Below are positions 1-9,058 of a stretch of DNA of 45,527 nucleotides, in pieces; positions within the stretch are counted from its first letter, which is position 1; every line of letters begins with the position of its first letter. The DNA is from Clostridia bacterium (GTDB lineage Bacteria; Bacillota; Clostridia; RGIG7378): NCBI GenBank assembly GCA_017501105.1, contig JAFVXO010000106.1, positions 1 through 45,527 of the forward strand, read 5' to 3'. Under the pieces are notes generated by a model. The model was not told where the DNA came from and did no database searches. It saw only the letters and a program-made list of their open reading frames with translations. Made by a program: the position numbers and the translations under genes.

Positions 1-1067
1 ACGGCAAGAACATTTCTTGGCAAGCAGTAATTGTTGATAAATTCATTCTCGTCTTCTGTGGGGGTCTTCATGAATATATAGAATGCACCCTGAGGTACGG
101 GGAACTCATATCCCAGCTCCTGCAGGCCCTGCATCAGGATATCCCTGCGCACCTTGTATGCATCCACGTCTGTCTGGCAGTTAATGCAGTCCTTGAGGAT
201 GTACTGAAACAGTCCTGGCGCATTAGTATAGCCCAGTTCTCTGGTTGCATATGGGATCGCAGCGGACAAGGCCTCCACATCACTGCAGTTGGGGCTCACT
301 GCCACATATCCTATACGCTCGCCAGCTAGAGACAAGCTCTTGCTGTAGGAATATACAACTATGGCGTTGTGGAAAATGCTCATTACCGGAGGCACCTCCA
401 CCCCATCGTAAACTATTTCTCTGTAGGGTTCGTCGGAAACCAGATAGATATCTGTGCCAAACTCCTTCTCCTTGGCTGTTAGCACCTGCTCCAATGCCTC
501 TAAAGTCTCTCTGCTATAGACAACTCCCGTGGGATTATTGGGGGAGTTAATAATAACGGCCTTGGTTTTTGGGGTGATGTAGCTACCGATGAGCTGGGGA
601 TCCAGATCAAAGTCCGGCAGCTTAGCCGGAACCACCTTCAGCTTTCCTCCGTGGTTGTCCACATATCCGCCATACTGAACAAAATAAGGTGCCTGCACCA
701 AAACCTCGTCTCCGGGATTGAGAATTGCCTTAAACACGCAATTGAGACCGCCAGCTGCTCCCACACACATGGTTACATTTTCCATGGTAACAGGAACTCC
801 TGAGCGCTTGGCCTCCATGTCCGCAATCAGTGAGCGGATTTCGGGGTATCCGGCATTGGACATGTATCCATGGATGTTGTTTCCCATGGACGCCCTGGCA
901 ATAATGGCCCTGTTTACCTCATCTGGGGCTGGCACATCCGGGTTGCCCAGTGTCAGGTCGAAAACCATGTCGTCGCCATATATTTTCTTAAGCTCAGCAC
1001 CCTTTTCGAACATATCTCTGATCCAGGATCCTGATTGCATTTTTTCTCTGATATGATTGGCTATCAC
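1..1067 (-). CDS. PLP-dependent aminotransferase (class I/II, AspC-like); C-terminus runs off the left edge
   Basis: This gene is absent from the ORF track because it has no stop within the window. My minus-strand translation from GTG 1067-1065 (GGAGG 5 nt upstream) reads VIANHIREKMQSGSWIRDMFEKG...INSPNNPTG...YSYSKSLSLAGERIGY, which contains the PLP-lysine SxSK motif. The frame stays open to position 1. The plus-strand ORFs 245-550 and 718-1056 are antisense artefacts. Confidence 0.85.
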   Translation of the reverse strand, partial: MIANHIREKMQSGSWIRDMFEKGAELKKIYGDDMVFDLTLGNPDVPAPDEVNRAIIARASMGNNIHGYMSNAGYPEIRSLIADMEAKRSGVPVTMENVTMCVGAAGGLNCVFKAILNPGDEVLVQAPYFVQYGGYVDNHGGKLKVVPAKLPDFDLDPQLIGSYITPKTKAVIINSPNNPTGVVYSRETLEALEQVLTAKEKEFGTDIYLVSDEPYREIVYDGVEVPPVMSIFHNAIVVYSYSKSLSLAGERIGYVAVSPNCSDVEALSAAIPYATRELGYTNAPGLFQYILKDCINCQTDVDAYKVRRDILMQGLQELGYEFPVPQGAFYIFMKTPTEDENEFINNYCLPRNVLA

Positions 1068-1086
1068 GTGGACCTCCCTGTGAATG

Positions 1087-2112
1087 TTAATGGTATATAG
1101 AATTATCTCTGGTCACTGCATCAAGAGTCATGTCGGCAAACTGTCCATCAATATACTTGTAGTAGCCTGCGCAACTAATCATGGCCGCATTGTCGCCACA
1201 CAGAGGCTTGGAGGGCAGGCACACCCTCATGCCACGAGCAGCTCCTGCAGCAGTCATGCGCCTTCTCAATTCTGAATTGGCTCCTACTCCACCTGCTACA
1301 CAAACTGTGTTGTAGCCTTCCCTTTCTGCCGCCTCAAATGTATGACGGCATAGAACTCCCGTCACTGCTGCCTGGAAGGATGCTGCAATGTCCTCCAGGG
1401 GCAACTCCTGACCTGAGGACCGTATGCTATTAACTGTGTTCATAACAGCGGTCTTAATGCCGCTGAATGAAAAGTCCAGACATCCCTTTTCAAATCTGGT
1501 GGTAGGGAATTTGTATGCCTGGGCATCTCCCTTGATGGCCAGTTCGTCAATCCTGATGCCTCCGGGATAGGGCAGCCCCATAACCTTGGCTACCTTGTCA
1601 AAAGCCTCTCCTGCAGCATCGTCTCTGGTGTGACCAAGCAATCTGTACTGGCCATAGCCCTCAACTGCCACAATGTTGCTGTGTCCCCCCGATGCGACCA
1701 GACAAATAAACGGAGGTTCCAGATCCTGATGATCCAGATAATTGGCCGAAATATGGCCGGATATATGATGTACTGCAATCAAGGGCTTATTCCAACCGTA
1801 GGCCAATCCCTTGGCGGTGGCAATGCCTGACAACAGTGCTCCAGCTAAACCAGGGCCGTATGTAACTGCTATTGCATCCACCTGTTCCGGTGTTACGCCC
1901 GCTACTTTAAGGGCCTCATCCACCACGGGAATGGCCATTTCTACATGCTTGCGGGCAGCGATTTCAGGCACCACTCCACCAAAGGGTGCATGGTCCTTTA
2001 TCTGTGTGGAAACAATATTGGACAATATCTCCCTGCCATTGGCAGTAATGGATGCTGCAGTCTCGTCGCAGGAGGACTCTATGCCCAGAATAATAACCTT
2101 TCCATCCATCAT
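1087..2112 (-). CDS. tsaD: tRNA N6-adenosine threonylcarbamoyltransferase (Kae1/Gcp family)
   Basis: The 341-aa ORF carries GIESSCDETAAS, HHISGH and LVASGGHS signatures typical of TsaD. It starts at ATG and lies 19 nt upstream of the aminotransferase start. Confidence 0.95.
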   Translation of the reverse strand: MMDGKVIILGIESSCDETAASITANGREILSNIVSTQIKDHAPFGGVVPEIAARKHVEMAIPVVDEALKVAGVTPEQVDAIAVTYGPGLAGALLSGIATAKGLAYGWNKPLIAVHHISGHISANYLDHQDLEPPFICLVASGGHSNIVAVEGYGQYRLLGHTRDDAAGEAFDKVAKVMGLPYPGGIRIDELAIKGDAQAYKFPTTRFEKGCLDFSFSGIKTAVMNTVNSIRSSGQELPLEDIAASFQAAVTGVLCRHTFEAAEREGYNTVCVAGGVGANSELRRRMTAAGAARGMRVCLPSKPLCGDNAAMISCAGYYKYIDGQFADMTLDAVTRDNSIYH

Positions 2113-2115
2113 AGT

Positions 2116-2913
2116 TTACTCTTCCTCCTCAGGGACTATAGGCTTCTCCACATTTTCCGCATATATTGCCACAAACATACGGGTATGAACCAGTGTAAAC
2201 AAAACATCCGCCAACAGGTAAATAATTGTCATTGACTTAACGCCCTGGGCAGGCAGCAACGCCACAAACAAAGTGCTCAGCGCTATGGCAAATCCATAGA
2301 TAATCAGCATCAACAGAGCGGTATATCCGATGGATTTCCAAATATATTCCCTCATATCCTGGTGTGCCCTATTCATTGCAAACATTGATGAGCCACCAAA
2401 TTCTGCCCTGCTGCAGAACGTATAGACCATCAGTGGCCAGATTAATAGCATTAGTAGAGGAAAAACGCCCATGCTGAGATAATATCCCACCAAGAATATA
2501 ATCGTGGTCATCAAGATACTAAACACCATGTAAAGGTAATATCCGGGGCTTGCCTTGGGCAACTTGGATCCCGGGTGTCTCTTGAGATACAGATATAAAA
2601 CAGCATAGACTCCTATCAAACCAAATCCCAAATGAACATTTACCACCTGGGTAATAGCCAGTCTAAGTGAATCAGCGCTGTTAATTATGTTGGACATACC
2701 ATCGACACTCATCAATGCCTGAATCAACCTCTCAGGGGTATAATTCATCAGGGTTTGAATCAACTTGCCCACTTCCATATAGTAAAAAATCTTGCAAAGC
2801 AGCAGCAAAACCACTATAACTCCGGTGATCTTGCCCAAAGAGCCTGTCTCTGTGACAAAGCCCATTGCCTCTCTGAATTTGGCTCCAAATTTAATTGTCT
2901 TACTACTGTTCAT
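2116..2913 (-). CDS. Multi-pass integral membrane protein of unknown function with an acidic C-terminal tail
   Basis: The 265-aa ORF has about 6 hydrophobic segments and a GGAG site 6 nt before the ATG. Its stop is 3 nt from the tsaD start, so it sits in the same operon. I recognise no motif. Confidence 0.6.
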   Translation of the reverse strand: MNSSKTIKFGAKFREAMGFVTETGSLGKITGVIVVLLLLCKIFYYMEVGKLIQTLMNYTPERLIQALMSVDGMSNIINSADSLRLAITQVVNVHLGFGLIGVYAVLYLYLKRHPGSKLPKASPGYYLYMVFSILMTTIIFLVGYYLSMGVFPLLMLLIWPLMVYTFCSRAEFGGSSMFAMNRAHQDMREYIWKSIGYTALLMLIIYGFAIALSTLFVALLPAQGVKSMTIIYLLADVLFTLVHTRMFVAIYAENVEKPIVPEEEE

Positions 2914-2927
2914 CTACTACTCCAAAG

Positions 2928-4325
2928 TTAATACATGCGCCATCCGCTGGGATACATATTCTTAATTACCGAACCCGTGGACTTGACCCATCCCACAGGA
3001 ATACCATCAATTGCAACTGCTCCATAACCTCTTCTATCCATATCAAAGTCAGGGGTTTCGCACTTGAGATAGCTGTGGGCTGCGGGATCTGTGGAACTAA
3101 GATTTAATACAGCCTCCCCCTTTATCTCCTCCAACGACAGGGCGGAAACCAGGGATTGAGACGGTACGAACTTATCGTGATCCAGGCAACCCAGGTACCA
3201 TCCGAACTTACATACCTTGATTCTATCCAACTTGGCAGGCATCTCCCTCATGGCATACAATCCATTGCCAACTGTATAGTAACAATATCCCTCCAGCGGG
3301 CGTGTCAACACGTCTGATGCGAACTTCTCGAAGGCTTGCATAACCTTCCTGTCGGCAGAGGCCTTGGCTTTAATGGGCTCTCTATATGCGTCGCCCTGGC
3401 GGACAAGGCAGGCAGTATAGTGGCCCTCGCCTCTCAGCAAATGAGGCCACATACGCACAGAGGCATCCATATCTGTGCCGTGTACGGTCCACTCCCCTCG
3501 TCCCGGAGCTTGGCCGTAACCCTTAGGAATATATCTCAAATCAAACTCTGGATGCTCTTGCAAAAAGCGCTCTATAATCTGCTCATTTTCCTCAGGGGCA
3601 TAGGTACAAGTGGAATATACTATAGCGCCGCCACCTCTGACCATCTGGGCTGCGCTGCACAGAATATCGTATTGAATATGGCATAGCTTATCTGCGCCGT
3701 GGCTGTCCCACTGGGAAATAGAACCCCGATCCTTGCGGAACATACCCTCACCGGAACAGGGCACATCAGCTACGATTACGTCAAAATAGTCTCTGAATAT
3801 GTCTATCAGCTTGGCAGGTTCCTCATTGAGCACCACGGAATTGCGAACGCCAAACTGTTCCAGATTGCGAATTAGGGCCTTAATGCGAGAGGCGCTGATG
3901 TCGTTGCAGTACAGGGTACCTCTGCCCTGCATGTACGCCGCCATCTGAATGGCCTTACCTCCAGGTGCACTGCACAGGTCCAGCACATTCATGCCAGGGG
4001 CCGGAGCTGCAACTGCACCGGGTAACATGGCAGAGGGGTCCTGTATATAGTAAAGTCCCCGTATGTACATGGTGCTGCGTCCAGGTTGGATGGAGTTTCC
4101 GTCATAGTAGTATCCGCCAGGCACCCATGGAATGGGCTCAGGCGCTACGCCAAATTCTCTCTGCCACAACTCTTCAAAGGTCGTAGTGTCCACCTTAAGG
4201 TCATTTTTGCGAACACCATAAGTCCTTTCCTGACAAAGGGACTCAAAAAAGGACTCCGCCTCATTTCCCATGAGGCAGCGGTATTTTTCCATAAACTTAG
4301 CTGGCAATAACTGGTCAGGTGTCAC
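2928..4325 (-). CDS. RsmB/RsmF (NOL1/NOP2/Sun) family RNA m5C methyltransferase
   Basis: The 465-aa ORF carries DLCSAPGGK (SAM site) and DVPCSGEGMFRKD (catalytic Cys motif). It starts at GTG 4325, preceded by AAAGGAAAA. The N-terminal LPAKF..LMGNEAESF resembles RsmF-type proteins. Confidence 0.85.
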   Translation of the reverse strand: MTPDQLLPAKFMEKYRCLMGNEAESFFESLCQERTYGVRKNDLKVDTTTFEELWQREFGVAPEPIPWVPGGYYYDGNSIQPGRSTMYIRGLYYIQDPSAMLPGAVAAPAPGMNVLDLCSAPGGKAIQMAAYMQGRGTLYCNDISASRIKALIRNLEQFGVRNSVVLNEEPAKLIDIFRDYFDVIVADVPCSGEGMFRKDRGSISQWDSHGADKLCHIQYDILCSAAQMVRGGGAIVYSTCTYAPEENEQIIERFLQEHPEFDLRYIPKGYGQAPGRGEWTVHGTDMDASVRMWPHLLRGEGHYTACLVRQGDAYREPIKAKASADRKVMQAFEKFASDVLTRPLEGYCYYTVGNGLYAMREMPAKLDRIKVCKFGWYLGCLDHDKFVPSQSLVSALSLEEIKGEAVLNLSSTDPAAHSYLKCETPDFDMDRRGYGAVAIDGIPVGWVKSTGSVIKNMYPSGWRMY

Positions 4326-4383
4326 AATAGTTTTCCTTTACACTGTCCCCATTCACTTCCATGTTCCCGGGAACTTAACATTG

Positions 4384-4409
4384 AAAAATAGAGGTTGCCC
4401 TCTATTTTT
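4384..4409. terminator. Bidirectional-looking rho-independent terminator after the LysM-protein gene
   Basis: AAAAATAGAGG-ttgc-CCTCTATTTTT forms an 11-bp perfect stem flanked by A5 and T5. It lies 43 nt downstream of the TAG stop at 4452. Confidence 0.8.
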
Positions 4410-4451
4410 CTGATAATCTCATAAATTTTGCAATCCGCCTATAAATCCCTG

Positions 4452-6104
4452 CTATCGAAGGGGAAGTTTCAGCTCTGTACCGGGTTGCAATGCCTGGTTC
4501 TGCATGCCGTTGAGACTTGCAATCTCAGGCCATCTGTCTCCGTTGCCCAACTCTCTGTAGGCAATACCCCAGAAGGTATCTCCCTCCTTGACCGTGTACA
4601 TACGATATCCCAACTCCTCAGGAGAAGGTGTGGGAGTAGCCGTAGGTTCAGGTGTAGGCGTGGGTGTAGCAGTAGGTTCTGCTGTAGGGGTGGCAGTAGG
4701 CTCTGGTGTAGGTGTAGGCGTGGAATCCTCAGAATACGGGGTAGGTTCAACCGTAGGTGTGGGTTCCGGCTTGTTGCCAAAAACGCCAATTCTGGACAGA
4801 ACAATAAATATACAGACCAGGAACGCGAGTACTGCCAACACGCCCAGAACGGTTGTGATGATCTTCTCTGTGCGCTGCTCCTTGTTCTCCTCGGCAGGCT
4901 CCTCAAAGAGATTGTCGGCAGTGACGGGAACGTCCTCCTCATCCTCCATTTCTGTGAGCTGAACCTGCATACTGTCGTCATAGAATGGAATAGTCTCATC
5001 CTTGTATTCTAGTTTGGGAACGGATGCAGTAATCTTGGGAACGGATTCCTCCATAGCAAAGGTTACAGTGTTGTCGCTGACTGTAGGAACCTCAGCTGTG
5101 GTCTTTTCTACAACATCGTTAAAATCAAAGACATAGGTATTCCTGTCTCCAAATGTCTTGTCCTGTTTGGCGGAATCCTCCTCTGCTTGCAGAACTACGG
5201 TATCCTCAGTCTCGGGTTCTGAACTCTCCTGCACCTCGGGTACAACAGTAGTGGCATCCATAGATACTGATTCAAATGCTCCTGTATCAGCCTCAACTAT
5301 ATCGGTGACCGTAAGAGGTTCCTCTCCCTCTGTATCCACAACTCTGGAAACAGCGCCCTTCTGAGCAGCAGAGTGAGCACCTACTGCCTGATAGAATCCA
5401 GTGTTGGAATTGTACGGTACATTGGCGTTAAGAATCTTAATTGTAATTGCAGTAAGATCGTGAATCTTGTCTCGAGCGGAAGCCTCTCCCAAAACGATGC
5501 TGACGTTGTTCTCAGCAGACTTGTTGCTGTCGAGGCACTTTTGCATATCTGCAGGAGTCATTGACTTCTTTACTGCAGAAGAACAAATCATAAAACAATC
5601 GCCTCTGTGCAAATCCATTTCCTCGCGGTTTTTGGCCAAAATGCGACGCTCAGATGTGCAGAAATAATATGTACCGGCATCACCAGAACGGTCAATGTAG
5701 ACCTTAGCTCCGGTGATGACCATAATGCATTTGGAAAATATAGAAATAGCTCCGGGCTGCAGTTTCTCGTACTCGCAGTACTTTTCAATCTCTCTGTTGA
5801 TTGTAGTGTTGATATCGTTGAGTATACCCTCTCCTGTGCTATGGGCAAAGTCAGTGCTGCGGTGAAGCATGCGCATCCTCATACCAATCAAACTGCGGAG
5901 CTCAGGCGCATAACTACCTGCAACACTCATCTCAAAGAAAGCGAAAACAAATCCGGGACCATACTTGTCAGCGTAGATAACTGAGTTGGTATTGCCAAAT
6001 TGCTCCGGGCACTTGCCGTCAATATAGCAAATGTCCTTGAGTCCTATGTTTTCAGAACCTCTGACTGTTACCGATACAACACTCAGAGAAGTATTCTCGT
6101 TCAT
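4452..6104 (-). CDS. Membrane-anchored protein: unknown N-terminal cytoplasmic domain, acidic region, one TM, Pro/Thr-rich linker, C-terminal LysM
   Basis: The 550-aa ORF has a GGAGG RBS and one TM segment (IITTVLGVLAVLAFLVCIFIVLS). A PT-rich linker follows, then a C-terminal YTVKEGDTFWGIA...LNGM...LQPGTELKLP that matches the LysM consensus. Confidence 0.8.
   Translation of the reverse strand: MNENTSLSVVSVTVRGSENIGLKDICYIDGKCPEQFGNTNSVIYADKYGPGFVFAFFEMSVAGSYAPELRSLIGMRMRMLHRSTDFAHSTGEGILNDINTTINREIEKYCEYEKLQPGAISIFSKCIMVITGAKVYIDRSGDAGTYYFCTSERRILAKNREEMDLHRGDCFMICSSAVKKSMTPADMQKCLDSNKSAENNVSIVLGEASARDKIHDLTAITIKILNANVPYNSNTGFYQAVGAHSAAQKGAVSRVVDTEGEEPLTVTDIVEADTGAFESVSMDATTVVPEVQESSEPETEDTVVLQAEEDSAKQDKTFGDRNTYVFDFNDVVEKTTAEVPTVSDNTVTFAMEESVPKITASVPKLEYKDETIPFYDDSMQVQLTEMEDEEDVPVTADNLFEEPAEENKEQRTEKIITTVLGVLAVLAFLVCIFIVLSRIGVFGNKPEPTPTVEPTPYSEDSTPTPTPEPTATPTAEPTATPTPTPEPTATPTPSPEELGYRMYTVKEGDTFWGIAYRELGNGDRWPEIASLNGMQNQALQPGTELKLPLR
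4617..4770 (-). repeat. Imperfect in-frame tandem repeats encoding the (E)PTATPT(P) Pro/Thr linker
   Basis: The DNA shows reiterated ggtgtaggcgtgg / gcagtaggttct units. The protein reads PEPTPTVEPTP..TPTPTPEPTATPTAEPTATPTPTPEPTATPTPSPE. Confidence 0.8.
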
Positions 6105-6131
6105 ACTGAAATTGCCTCCTGGAAATGAATC

Positions 6132-6596
6132 TTATTCCTCGTCTGCTGCCCTCTTGGCCTTACGACGAGTACGCTTCACTGCTCTGACAATATAGGGCTT
6201 GGCCATTGTCAGGAAGGAAACGATGGTAGAAATCAGGCTTGTCTTCGAAGCAGCCTTGTTAACTGTATTAGAAACAGTACCTACCGTATCTGCAACAGAT
6301 GCAACTGCCGTGCAGGCAGACTCTGCAACGCCCTTGACGGAGTCACTTACGTCCTTAACAGTATCTGTAATATCCTTTACATTGTCTGTAATGGCAGGCA
6401 GGTTGCCCAGAGTACCGTTAATGTTGGGCTCATTGGTCTCCAAAATCTTCTTAACCTTGCCAATAAGGCCAATTACCTTGACTAACAGGACAATCAACAC
6501 AATGCCTACAACAATGTAGATGCCTGTGCACAAGCCGCTGATGAATCTATCGACGTCAATAGTAATAACGCCTGCGGACAACATATAACTATTCAT
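6132..6596 (-). CDS. DUF948-like membrane-anchored coiled-coil protein
   Basis: The 154-aa ORF has an N-terminal TM followed by repetitive ..NVKDITDTVKDVSDSVKGV.. helical repeats and a basic tail. This layout is typical of DUF948 proteins, which often sit beside YtxH genes. It has a GGAGG RBS. Confidence 0.6.
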   Translation of the reverse strand: MNSYMLSAGVITIDVDRFISGLCTGIYIVVGIVLIVLLVKVIGLIGKVKKILETNEPNINGTLGNLPAITDNVKDITDTVKDVSDSVKGVAESACTAVASVADTVGTVSNTVNKAASKTSLISTIVSFLTMAKPYIVRAVKRTRRKAKRAADEE

Positions 6597-6627
6597 ACAA
6601 AAATCCTCCGAAAATAGTAGGAGTCAA

Positions 6628-6981
6628 TTACTCGGCATCAGACTCTTCCTCTGCATCGCAGATGAGATCGTCCTCATCGATACCCTCAAAAATATCGTCC
6701 AGGTTGCCGATATCACATGTGTACTGGCAAACCTCTCTGACCTTGTCCTTAGCTACGTCAGCTGCGTTCTTTACCGACTCCTTAGCTGTCTCCAAAGCCT
6801 CCTTTGCTGCCTCTGCGATATCGCTGCGTGTCTCCGCACCGGACTGGGGTGCGAATAAAATGCCCAAAGCGGCACCGATAACGGCACCCACTGCAATACC
6901 CGCAACTACGTTAGTAGCAGCCTCTCTCCTGGCCTGTCTCTCTCTCTCTATTCTCTTTGCCTCAAAGTAATCAAAAATCAT
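6628..6981 (-). CDS. YtxH-domain (general-stress-like) protein
   Basis: GIAVGAVIGAALGILFAPQSGAETR is the YtxH signature. I moved the start to ATG 6981 (MIFDYFEAK), which has AAAGGAG 7 nt upstream. The track start at 6999 is a TTG with no RBS. Confidence 0.75.
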   Translation of the reverse strand: MIFDYFEAKRIERERQARREAATNVVAGIAVGAVIGAALGILFAPQSGAETRSDIAEAAKEALETAKESVKNAADVAKDKVREVCQYTCDIGNLDDIFEGIDEDDLICDAEEESDAE

Positions 6982-7029
6982 ATTACGAACTCCTTTCAAA
7001 ATACATACGTGACCTGAAATACACAGTTT

Positions 7030-7058
7030 ATTTTACACCAAATATTATTGCATTTCAA
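7030..7058 (-). promoter_or_regulatory. Sigma-A-type promoter for the ytxH / DUF948 / LysM operon
   Basis: The minus strand reads TTGAAA-N17-TAAAAT, with the -35 at 7058-7053 and the -10 at 7035-7030. It lies about 50 nt upstream of ATG 6981. Confidence 0.5.
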
Positions 7059-7098
7059 CCAAGGTTTATGCACTGTGAGCCCAGATAAATCAATACTT

Positions 7099-7350
7099 TT
7101 AGGCCTCTGCCATAGAAATCAGAGCCTTGGCCAGCTGGTCTGGACAAGAGGTTCCCTTAGACCCGCACTGAATACCTGAAAGTTTATCAATCACCTGGTC
7201 TACAGGCATACCCTGGGCCAACTTTGCTACGCCCTGTGTGTTGCCCATACAACCGCCAACAAAACGCACTTCCTTAACAATACCATCCTCTACATCAACG
7301 ACGATCCTGGATGCACACGTGCCTCTGGTTTTATACTCAAATTCTGCCAT
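7099..7350 (-). CDS. TSCPD-domain small 4-Cys protein (TIGR03905-like)
   Basis: The sequence FEYKTRGTCASRIVVDVEDGIVKEVRFVGGCMGNTQGVAKL...GIQCG.KGTSCPDQLAKAL fits this family. I moved the start to ATG 7350 (MAEFEYK) because GGGAGG lies 6 nt upstream. This gives 83 aa, the typical size for the family. Confidence 0.75.
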   Translation of the reverse strand: MAEFEYKTRGTCASRIVVDVEDGIVKEVRFVGGCMGNTQGVAKLAQGMPVDQVIDKLSGIQCGSKGTSCPDQLAKALISMAEA

Positions 7351-7370
7351 TTCATACCTCCCAAAATTTT

Positions 7371-7405
7371 CGTTATGAAGTGGAAAATGTGCTTTATTCA
7401 TAACG
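7371..7405. promoter_or_regulatory. 9-bp perfect inverted repeat in the TSCPD/glgA divergent region; possible operator
   Basis: CGTTATGAA (7371-7379) and TTCATAACG (7397-7405) are separated by 17 nt. Two TATAAT hexamers (7409-7414, 7416-7421) follow immediately. Confidence 0.25.
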
Positions 7406-7504
7406 CAATATAATGTATAATGTTCCTGTATTATATCATGTAGTTTGTCTGTGACCAAGGCACTATTTATTTTTATTGCAAACTTGTTTTGGGAGGTTTT
7501 GCGT

Positions 7505-9052
7505 ATGAAGATACTCTTTGCAGCTTCTGAGGTTTATCCGTTTATTAAAACAGGCGGTTTGGCTGATGTCGCCGGTTCATTGCCTAAGGCTCTTGCCCAG
7601 GCAGGTAACGATGTCCGCGTAGTGCTTCCCCGATATTCAGACATCCCCCTTAGATTTCAGGAAAACATGGATTTTGTAGGATTTACATACAGCGACGTAG
7701 GCTGGAGACACCAGTACTGCGGTATATTCTCCCTGATTCAGGACGGAGTTACCTACTATTTCCTGGATAACGAGCAGTATTTCAAGCGCCCCGGCCTCTA
7801 CGGCTACTTTGACGACGGAGAGCGCTTTGCATTTTTCTCCAAGGCTATCCTGGACTTCCTCCCTGTAGTACAGTTTGCTCCCGATATTATCCACCTCAAT
7901 GACTGGCAAACCGCTATGACCGCTATGTTCATGCGCACCACTGCCAGCAACAACATCTGGTGCAACCACGCATCTTCTGTTCTCACTATTCACAACCTTA
8001 AGTTCCAAGGCGTCTTCCCAAAGGAAAACATTCACAACCTGCTTGGCCTTGGATGGGAGTGGTTCAGAGACGGAGGTGTTGAGTTCAATGGCAATATCAA
8101 CTTCCTCAAGGGTGGTCTCAACTTCGCCGACAAGATTACTACCGTCAGCCCCACCTATGCAGAGGAAATCAAGACAGAGTTCTTTGGCGAGAATCTGGAT
8201 GGTCTTATTCGCCGCAGGAGTTGGGATTTGGTAGGCATTGTCAACGGTATCGACAACGACGCATATGACCCCGGCAACGACTCCAAGATCAAGTACAATT
8301 ACGATCATCAGTCACTTATTAAGAAATTCCTCAACAAGTGCGACTTGGCATACAGCCACGGACTCGATATCGGTGTTTCCCAGGAGATGTACGAGGACGC
8401 CCTTGTTATTGCCCAGGGCCCCGAGGCTGGCAAGGCTAAGTACGAGGACGCCCTTAAGCGATTCAATGCAGTATATACTGATCCCGCCACCCGACCCAGA
8501 CCGATTATCTCCATTATCTCAAGACTCACTTCACAGAAGGGCTTGGATCTGATTGAGAGAGTTCTTGAGGATATTATGGGCACCAATCTCTGCTTTATCG
8601 TTCTTGGCACCGGCGATCAGAAGTATGAGGATCTCATGCGCTATGCTGAGAGCCGCTGGCCCGGCAGATTCTCTGCAAATCTCATGTACAACGATGCCCT
8701 GTCCCGTCAAATCTATGCAGGTTCTGACATTCTGATGATGCCCTCACTGTTTGAACCCTGCGGACTGTCCCAGCTGTTTGCTTTGAGATACGGCACAATT
8801 CCGTTGGTTCGCGAAACAGGCGGTCTTAATGACACAGTCAAGTCCTACGACCCCATTTCTGACACGGGCAACGGCTTCTCCTTCCACGACTTTAATGCAC
8901 ACGATATGCTTAACACCTTGTGGAGGGCTATCAGCTTCTATTATGACCAGTACGGCACATGGCCCAAGCTTCAGGAGCGAGCTATGCAGATTGACTATAG
9001 CTGGACTGTCTCTGCTCAGAAGTATATGGATTTGTACAATTCTATTAGGTAA
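7505..9052 (+). CDS. glgA: Glycogen (starch) synthase
   Basis: MKILFAASEVYPFIKTGGLADV carries the KTGGL motif, and the sequence is GT5-like throughout. I moved the start to ATG 7505 because GGGAGG lies at 7492-7497. Confidence 0.93.
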   Translation: MKILFAASEVYPFIKTGGLADVAGSLPKALAQAGNDVRVVLPRYSDIPLRFQENMDFVGFTYSDVGWRHQYCGIFSLIQDGVTYYFLDNEQYFKRPGLYGYFDDGERFAFFSKAILDFLPVVQFAPDIIHLNDWQTAMTAMFMRTTASNNIWCNHASSVLTIHNLKFQGVFPKENIHNLLGLGWEWFRDGGVEFNGNINFLKGGLNFADKITTVSPTYAEEIKTEFFGENLDGLIRRRSWDLVGIVNGIDNDAYDPGNDSKIKYNYDHQSLIKKFLNKCDLAYSHGLDIGVSQEMYEDALVIAQGPEAGKAKYEDALKRFNAVYTDPATRPRPIISIISRLTSQKGLDLIERVLEDIMGTNLCFIVLGTGDQKYEDLMRYAESRWPGRFSANLMYNDALSRQIYAGSDILMMPSLFEPCGLSQLFALRYGTIPLVRETGGLNDTVKSYDPISDTGNGFSFHDFNAHDMLNTLWRAISFYYDQYGTWPKLQERAMQIDYSWTVSAQKYMDLYNSIR

Positions 9053-9058
9053 TTTGAT

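Noticed and set aside
245-1056. Plus-strand ORFs 245-550 and 718-1056 at the left edge.
   Set aside because: The minus strand encodes a clear PLP aminotransferase across this entire region. The plus-strand products are Pro/Ser/Arg-rich nonsense.
7445-7504. N-terminal extensions from the ORF track. These are glgA from 7445, TSCPD from 7458, pepD from 12815, LysR from 19214, mgtE from 25212, valS from 44862, gerAA from 40455, DUF362 from 27796 and the DctM-like gene from 19095.
   Set aside because: In each case an internal ATG is preceded by a well-spaced GGAGG-type RBS and matches the conserved family N-terminus. The upstream starts lack an RBS or are TTG/GTG codons lying inside terminators or promoters.
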